IMG/VR virus record: IMGVR_UViG_3300020577_004280
Coordinates: 90,038 to 154,037 of that record
DNA length: 64,000 bases
Origin: a virus
Lineage: Duplodnaviria > Caudoviricetes
Reading direction: 5' to 3' (one strand)
Shown: piece after piece, positions 58,074 to 64,000 of the stretch
How the letters are laid out: every line of letters starts with the position of its first letter
Position numbering within the stretch: position 1 is the first letter of the stretch
The notes under the pieces: generated by a model
Databases searched by the model: none
What the model was told of the DNA's origin: nothing
What the model saw: the letters and a program-made list of their open reading frames with translations, nothing else
Translations under genes and position numbers: made by a program

Positions 58074-58875
58074 TATCTTCCTTTGCGGTTTCGGCTGTAA
58101 ATATTGGTTGGTCAACTACACCGTCATTATACTGATGGTAATCGGTTAATCTACGCATTTCAACTTCTGTAGCCACACGCATCTTCTCGATATATTCGCC
58201 CCATTCTTTTCTTATGTTTTTATTTTCGATTAACTCAGCTAACATACCAATAAAGTTAGCTTTAGAACTTTCCAGGTTCTTAACACGCTGTTGTCGTGTG
58301 GCTTTAAGTTCTTTTAAGATAGCTAGTTTTCGATTAGAAAGCTCTTGGAATTCTTTAGACCATGCTGTTTGGGCAGAACGAGCAAGAGCAACTTGTGTAC
58401 TTAGACTATTTACCTTCATTGGGTCTGGTACATTCTGTGCTTGTTCATCAACCAATAATTTCTCAAGTAAGGCAATATTTTGTTGGTTGGTATTTTGCTG
58501 TTTAAGACCTCTACTCATCAATAATTCTATTTTTACCATATCAACAATTTGTAGTTCTTCCGTTGGTAGTACGTCATCTTTAAACTGACTAATAGTTTTT
58601 TCCCAATAGTATACAAATAATGGAAGTTCATCTTCTGTAAATTGTGCTTCTATATCTTTCCAATATGGTCTGGTTTTTATGTCGTATTCCAGTCTAAGAT
58701 TTTGAGCTGCAATAGATTTGCCAGGATTAACTATATGTTCAGTTATATATCGTTTCACACTACTAGCCTTACGACTTAAGTGTTTAGCGATAAGTTTTAC
58801 TTCTATCTTTTTATAATTTTGTTCTATATACTCAATTTCATCAAGAGTAAATCTACCTTCTTTGTATTTTGCCAT
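58060..58875 (-). CDS. probable terminase small subunit
   Basis: N-terminal HTH (FTLDEIEYI..IAKHLSRK..SVKRYI) plus long coiled coil; upstream of TerL. Confidence 0.5.
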   Translation of the reverse strand: MAKYKEGRFTLDEIEYIEQNYKKIEVKLIAKHLSRKASSVKRYITEHIVNPGKSIAAQNLRLEYDIKTRPYWKDIEAQFTEDELPLFVYYWEKTISQFKDDVLPTEELQIVDMVKIELLMSRGLKQQNTNQQNIALLEKLLVDEQAQNVPDPMKVNSLSTQVALARSAQTAWSKEFQELSNRKLAILKELKATRQQRVKNLESSKANFIGMLAELIENKNIRKEWGEYIEKMRVATEVEMRRLTDYHQYNDGVVDQPIFTAETAKEDNVLS

Positions 58876-59447
58876 TATTCATCCATACAATCATTTTGAG
58901 TCAAGATATCTTTAATACGGTCTATAATTTCTGACCGGCGATTTTTATTAACATATACATCGGAGAGCATTTTCAAATAATCTGTTCTCATAGAAATAGG
59001 CAGATTCCGATTAATCAAAGCAAATATTTCCTTATTAGACATTACATCTATATTGTCTACTTCGTAGGTAACCTCACTTTGTACTTCATCAATATTCAGA
59101 GGGTGGTCTATATTTTTCTTTGTATTGAATAAGACTCTTTGTCTTAAACAGTTATCACAATTATCAGAGTCTTCATTATTGCATATATCACATTGATATT
59201 TATAGTATTTTGAATTATCTCTTCTGAAATTATAGAGTCTGTTCCTAACCGACACATTTAAGAAATTCTCTAATGGTCGTTGACCGTCATACTTTTCAAT
59301 TACTTCTGCACAAATAATATAAGCTTCCTGATAGATATCTTCTGGTTCAAAATGGTCAAACGCAAAATTTCTGCTTACGGATTGACATACTTTATGAATA
59401 GTATTATTAGCTTCTTCGGCAGAAATGTTATTCGGTAATCTTATCAT
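58875..59447 (-). CDS. phage sigma70-family factor (region 2) with Zn-finger insertion
   Basis: EDIYQEAYI..IEKYDG.RPLENFL..VRNRL.NF.RD; CDIC..CDNC. Confidence 0.8.
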   Translation of the reverse strand: MIRLPNNISAEEANNTIHKVCQSVSRNFAFDHFEPEDIYQEAYIICAEVIEKYDGQRPLENFLNVSVRNRLYNFRRDNSKYYKYQCDICNNEDSDNCDNCLRQRVLFNTKKNIDHPLNIDEVQSEVTYEVDNIDVMSNKEIFALINRNLPISMRTDYLKMLSDVYVNKNRRSEIIDRIKDILTQNDCMDE

Positions 59448-59601
59448 TGTTTGCTTTTCCTACGAGTTGGTTTAGGATTGCTTGGGCAACCTCCGGCTTA
59501 TCTTCTTCTTTTAATTCTTTAGCTACAGTTGATTCTAACGCAGCGGTTGCCTGAACCAATACTGTACTTTGTACAGCCTGACTATGTTTATTATCATTCA
59601 T
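59428..59601 (-). CDS. 57-aa hypothetical protein, first gene of the late operon
   Basis: GAGGAG RBS, MNDNKHSQAV...NNDKITE*; below the ORF-track cutoff. Confidence 0.65.
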   Translation of the reverse strand: MNDNKHSQAVQSTVLVQATAALESTVAKELKEEDKPEVAQAILNQLVGKANNDKITE

Positions 59602-59658
59602 TTCATTCTCCTCACGACTAACTGTCGTTGTTTTAATAAGTTATGTCAATTGTCTCTA

Positions 59659-59671
59659 CTATATCATACAC
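59659..59671 (-). promoter_or_regulatory. putative late promoter GTGTATGATATAG
   Basis: Motif copy upstream of the sigma-factor operon. Confidence 0.7.
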
Positions 59672-59914
59672 GATTCGGTGACCTAGTGGCCACCTCATCG
59701 TGGTTAAATACGGGATTTTTATAAAAATATATAGCTAATCGTGGTAGTAGGAATTGGACAATTTATGGATAATTTGTGGCAAAAATTTTTTGAACCTGAC
59801 AACAATATACATAGGGCTATTGACATTTGATAACAATTATAGGTGTGATAAGTTGGGTTGTACATTTTACGGGAAAGTTGTCAGTTATGTATGAACCCCT
59901 CCTGCCGCCGACGC

Positions 59915-60125
59915 CTATACTATAATATACTATACAAACAAATAACCCCTACTATACTATAGTATGAACACGACCAACATAGCAAATATAGTATGACAAT
60001 AGTAGTTTAACTTAGTGTTAATTTATATATAGTAGTTCTATAGTATGATGATAGTAGTCTATTGTAGGTTATAGTATCCTATAGTATTCTATAGTATCTA
60101 TCGCATGTAATCTTACTATAGTTCA
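59915..60125. repeat. array of degenerate (C)TATAGTA repeats
   Basis: About ten ATAGTA/TATAGT units, including atagtatcct-atagtattct-atagtatcta at a 10-bp period. Confidence 0.75.
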
Positions 60126-60498
60126 TATATGACGGTATATTATACTAAAATGGTAAAGTATAATCATCACCTATTGAGTGATATATAAAGATGACCATAT
60201 TGGTAAAGATTAGTGCAAACGATAGAGAAATCGTGACACGAACCACATAAAATTTTATTTTAGTTTGGCACGGGAGTTATTGCAATCGGTATGTAAAAGT
60301 AAAAACCGTATCGTTCGTGCAGGCGTAGAATGGCTCTAGAACACGTTTTATCTTGACGTGTGGGATATGTCGAAAAAACAATAAGTGCAATTCCGAGACA
60401 GTTTACCATAGGGTTAAATATAATCGAGTACAGTATTCCATAGTATTGAATCAAAATGATAACACCACTAGAATCGATAAAATCAGTAAAGAATTCTG

Positions 60499-60527
60499 TT
60501 GACGTTAGCCGATAATCTTATTAGGAT
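60499..60527 (+). promoter_or_regulatory. sigma70-type early promoter
   Basis: TTGACG-17-TAGGAT, with CCGATA in the spacer. Confidence 0.65.
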
Positions 60528-60566
60528 GGCGGGAGGTCTTAAACAACGATATGAAAAGGGAAAACT

Positions 60567-60683
60567 ATGACTGAAGATGAACGCGAAAAAATCGTAGAAT
60601 TTTGGGGAAATTTGGTTGATACTGCGCTTGTTTGCGGTTTTATTTGGATTGTTGTGAGTTTGGCTTTGTTGATTACTGTCTAA
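60567..60683 (+). CDS. 38-aa single-pass membrane peptide
   Basis: MTEDEREKIVEFWGNLVDTALVCGFIWIVVSLALLITV*; AAGGG RBS; promoter immediately upstream. Confidence 0.6.
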   Translation: MTEDEREKIVEFWGNLVDTALVCGFIWIVVSLALLITV

Positions 60684-60713
60684 TCGAATTCGGGGAAATT
60701 TTGATTTTCTCGG

Positions 60714-60741
60714 TTGACACCGACCGATAGAACCTTACAAT
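60714..60741 (+). promoter_or_regulatory. sigma70-type early promoter
   Basis: TTGACA-16-TACAAT, with CCGATA in the spacer. Confidence 0.7.
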
Positions 60742-60823
60742 GAATGCAGACACGCGGGATTAACCCGCAGCGAGTTCCGGGAGACTCGATTAAAACTCTC
60801 AACGAAAGAGGAAACGTGATACT

Positions 60824-61375
60824 ATGGCGAAGAAAAATGACAACTCGACACGTGCCCAGGTATTGGCAATTCTGGCCGGACAGACCTTCAAATCTTGGCG
60901 CGAAGCTTCTGTTGCGCTCCAGAACACAAAAGACCGTTCCGGCAAGTCAATTCCGAATTGCGGCAATCATCACAACCGTTCAGTTGCCATGACGTATCTT
61001 CTGGAGCAACAGCGCAGCGGAAACCAAGCCGATTATGCTGACTGGAAGGAATCAACCGCGCGGGCGATGGACATTGAAATCGGTACACTGGAGGCGGCAA
61101 TTCGTGGAATTAAGGTTGCGTTTGAATTGTGCGGCATGACGTTCAATCTTGCGTCTGCCGGACTTCAAAACGTGTCGCGAGGCCGCACTACTTCGGAAGT
61201 CGGCATCACCGATGAAGAAATCGAGATGGGTGCGGAAGAAATGAATTTGTTCGGCGCTCCCCAGCCGATTCATTCAGTTATCAGCACGCCTCGCGCTCCT
61301 GCTGGAAGCGGGCAACCACAGCCCCAGGCACCGGAAACCGTGACTAACGGCAAACCTCAAAAGTCACGCCGTTAA
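60824..61375 (+). CDS. GC-rich hypothetical (immediate-early candidate) protein
   Basis: Promoter, GAGG RBS and terminators frame a monocistronic unit. Confidence 0.8.
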   Translation: MAKKNDNSTRAQVLAILAGQTFKSWREASVALQNTKDRSGKSIPNCGNHHNRSVAMTYLLEQQRSGNQADYADWKESTARAMDIEIGTLEAAIRGIKVAFELCGMTFNLASAGLQNVSRGRTTSEVGITDEEIEMGAEEMNLFGAPQPIHSVISTPRAPAGSGQPQPQAPETVTNGKPQKSRR

Positions 61376-61443
61376 TATGACGGGACTCATTTTTCTTACG
61401 TTCCTGATAATTATCGTTATCAGGTTAACAAAATAATTTAACT

Positions 61444-61477
61444 CCCCGTTAGGCTATATAGCCTAACGGGGTTTTTT
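61444..61477 (+). terminator. intrinsic terminator
   Basis: CCCCGTTAGGC-TATATA-GCCTAACGGGG-TTTTTT. Confidence 0.9.
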
Positions 61478-61484
61478 CGTTTCT

Positions 61485-61530
61485 ATACCCGCCCAGGATA
61501 TTCTACATATCTTCGGCGGGTATTTTCGTT
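61485..61530 (+). terminator. second, tandem terminator
   Basis: ATACCCGCC..GATAT-loop-ATATC..GGCGGGTAT followed by TTTCGTTT. Confidence 0.7.
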
Positions 61531-62317
61531 TCTATAGTTTCGCATATTCCAAGTATAAAAGTATGATATTATCAGTTGTCCTATCCGTCCTAACTATACC
61601 ATGCCGCCCATGCCGTAGTCACTCAATTCCTAATAAAATCAGCCGTTTTATGTTAGTTTTACTTGATGTTGGTCAAGTTGAGGTATATACTACTGTAGAA
61701 TTCGTCAAAAACTCTCATATACTGCATCAAACCGCGTAGATTATATGTGAAATGTACAATCTGTACTAATTCCCCCGCAAAAATCATGCCAAAGTCAGTT
61801 AAAATCAGCGATATTCTTATTAATTTGAGAAATAATTACTACGCTTAGTCAAGCGGTAAAAATAGTATAATCCGTCATATCATCACACTATTATACGGTG
61901 TAATGGTATAGGCGGATATTTTTGTTTATTGAATAATCAAAGGGAAATAATACAAGAATAAATATGCGGTTGTCCAATCACTAGCAACACGGTAGGCCGC
62001 CACCATGTTATAGTCAGTCAAATACTATTAAAATGCCGGAACAGTTATTGTTATTCTAATTGGTGGCCGAGAATATGGTTTAATACGAAAATTCACTGTA
62101 AGAGAAATTACAACCTAACGGTTGTGCTGGTGACCGGCATAATATAAAGCCAGCCCGCCTACATATTTTCATTTTGAGTATTTATGGCGTTCAGCACTGT
62201 AAGGGAATTATACAATATTCCGGAAAATAGTTTATTCCCTAACATATTACCAAGCCTACACTTAGGGCGACAACAAAATTCTCGGAGAAAATAAGTGAAA
62301 ATAGTATACGGATTTAC

Positions 62318-62346
62318 TTGACAGCTCGGACTTTTCACATTATACT
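62318..62346 (+). promoter_or_regulatory. near-consensus sigma70 promoter
   Basis: TTGACA-17-TATACT. Confidence 0.75.
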
Positions 62347-62562
62347 TACGTCGAATAGTACGTGTAGTTTATTCGAGCATCTCTAAGATGAGTGCGAGAG
62401 TAAACGAACAAGATGAGCGACAGCCAAGAGGCGCAGCGATTAAACGTAATAATAAGTAACTATTGTATCTATAGTATCATAAGTAACTATAGTATCTATT
62501 GCTAAGTTAAGATGGGTAAACTTTTGACGCAAGTTACCAATGAAAGAAAATTATAATAAATC

Positions 62563-62931
62563 ATGCCCGGCAAAAAGAGAAAACATGTAGATTACAATAA
62601 ATACCTGAATTCCCACCATTGGCGGAATAAAAAGGCTAAGTATAGAAGAAATCTCGGAGAGAATTTTAAATGTTCAAAATGCGGGACCGCCGAACATATT
62701 CATTTACACCATACTAATTACGACAGACTATACAGAGAAAAGAAGGAAGATATAGTTTTATTATGCGAATATTGTCACCGCGTGGTTCATCAATTAGTAT
62801 ATGAAAATCAAGAAAATTTATTAACCGCCCACCTGTCTAATAAAATTCCAAGAAAACATATTGAGATTTTATTTGAAGAATTTGGTGATGTGGATAGGGA
62901 ATATCGTGAGTTTATCAAAAATATGCGTTGA
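62563..62931 (+). CDS. HNH endonuclease
   Basis: YL.S.HW, CSKCG..IHLHHTNY.RLY.E..EDIVLLCEYCH..VH. Confidence 0.85.
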   Translation: MPGKKRKHVDYNKYLNSHHWRNKKAKYRRNLGENFKCSKCGTAEHIHLHHTNYDRLYREKKEDIVLLCEYCHRVVHQLVYENQENLLTAHLSNKIPRKHIEILFEEFGDVDREYREFIKNMR

Positions 62932-64000
62932 AAAATTATTAGACTGACTATCCGGCGAATTCCAAAAATTCTAATTTTCAGAAAATATTTTGTAGAGACC
63001 GGATATATTATTCTCTTCCCATTGTATTTTAATGAAATATAGCTTAAAACAAGGCAAATTTGCTATAAATTGGGTTACGTCCCAGGTTTGAGTATTTATA
63101 AATATTTTTCTTGCTTACAAAAATTTCTTCTGGGACGAACGATTTGACGTAAGTGTTTTTAGATAATTGACGTAAGTCCTTATATCTCGTCGCCAAAATG
63201 AGCGTTTTATAGTAAAATAGAGAAAAATTGACGGTTTTGCAAATGTTAAAAAATAGCCGAAATATTGAACATTTTTATTTTTAGGTATACTTTTTACCCT
63301 AGGCGGAGACAACAAATCATCCAATAATAGACCAGAAATGGTAGAAAAGTGAGTTTGGCGTGCATAATTCGTACTTACGTCGACAAAATTTGGCGGCAAT
63401 ATAAAAATAACCAAAAACTACCAAGAGAAAACATAAACACACACTGAGTGTGAATATTGAAAAATGTTAATAATTCCCGCAAAAACTGCGGGTTTTTTCG
63501 TATATTGATAAAATAACGGTCAGCTATGTAGACTACCATCCCAATTTCCCCAAAATTTCCACCATCTCTACGCATTCTTCTATTGTTCTTTCTATTATCT
63601 TTAAGGTGTATACCAATATAAGCATATAACTAAGTATAATCATATCAACACCTTACGACAAATACCAACTAGCCAAAAACCTAGCATTCATCAAGCGTCC
63701 AATCTAAACTAAGTTTTATAGCACTTCTTCTGTATTCTTGCCAAGTCTGGTATCGTTAAAAATTCTCCCTAGACTCTTCAATTTGGGCTTGCAATTTTCC
63801 CGGAAATATGCTAAAAATCTAGTTGGTCGAAATTCGGCCAGTCTGGCGGGTAATTTTCCACCCCAAACCGATATTCTTGGTAGTGTTAAAAATTCACAGA
63901 AAGTAATAAAACAATGAATAGTAACGATAACACACCACAAGTAAAAGATTGCGTCACTATTTCAATTAACCATAGTGGTGTTTCTATTGAAGCACAATGG

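Noticed and set aside
2989-58588. Numerous 60-155-aa ORFs antisense or out-of-frame to long genes (e.g. 51699-52166, 58214-58588, 38231-38560)
   Set aside because: They lie within well-supported genes, lack RBSs or motifs, and look like shadow ORFs
59915-60125. CRISPR array
   Set aside because: Units are 6-10 bp and degenerate, with no constant 23-47-bp repeat, no unique spacers and no cas genes
60265-60284. Sigma54 promoter TTGGCACG...TTGCA
   Set aside because: GG-to-GC spacing is 13 nt rather than the required 10
63606-63618. Additional late promoter copy GTGTATACCAATA on the + strand
   Set aside because: It diverges after GTGTATA and no gene follows within the window
63115-63940. Three short minus-strand ORFs
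   Set aside because: No recognisable motifs or RBSs, and composition typical of translated non-coding DNA
59600-64000. tRNA genes
   Set aside because: No cloverleaf with a T-loop GTTCRA and matching acceptor stem was found by eye
1-64000. Stop-codon reassignment (alternative genetic code)
   Set aside because: Long genes are intact under the standard code, and TAA, TAG and TGA all occur at natural gene ends

Overview
This window is part of a large, AT-rich (roughly 30% GC by eye) tailed dsDNA phage genome, probably a siphovirus type since no tail sheath gene is seen. It has four parts. (1) 1-14.0 kb, + strand: a tightly overlapping operon of about 19 genes for glycan synthesis and modification (GT4, GT2, CgeB-like, GT25 and GT17 glycosyltransferases, at least four SAM methyltransferases, three NAD-dependent sugar epimerases/reductases, a degenerate nucleotidyltransferase). 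(2) 14.0-18.3 kb, + strand: a Vsr/DUF559 endonuclease, a Rad52-like annealase, an NDT-like protein, GroES and small ORFs or gene remnants. (3) 18.3-59.6 kb, - strand: a near-complete late module (sigma-like factor, probable TerS, HNH, an ATPase-dead TerL paralog, ERCC4 nuclease, intein-containing TerL, portal, protease/scaffold, capsid, neck, tail tube, chaperones, 2691-aa tape measure, tail-tip proteins), punctuated by a conserved GTGTATwATAT motif. (4) 59.6-64 kb: a gene-poor control region with TATAGTA arrays, sigma70-type promoters, a GC-rich early gene, tandem terminators and a repeated TYGACGTAAGT operator-like motif. The most notable observations are the pseudo-terminase next to TerL, the phage glycan operon, and the sigma factor/late-promoter pair. 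All assignments come from motif recognition by eye; no searches were run.
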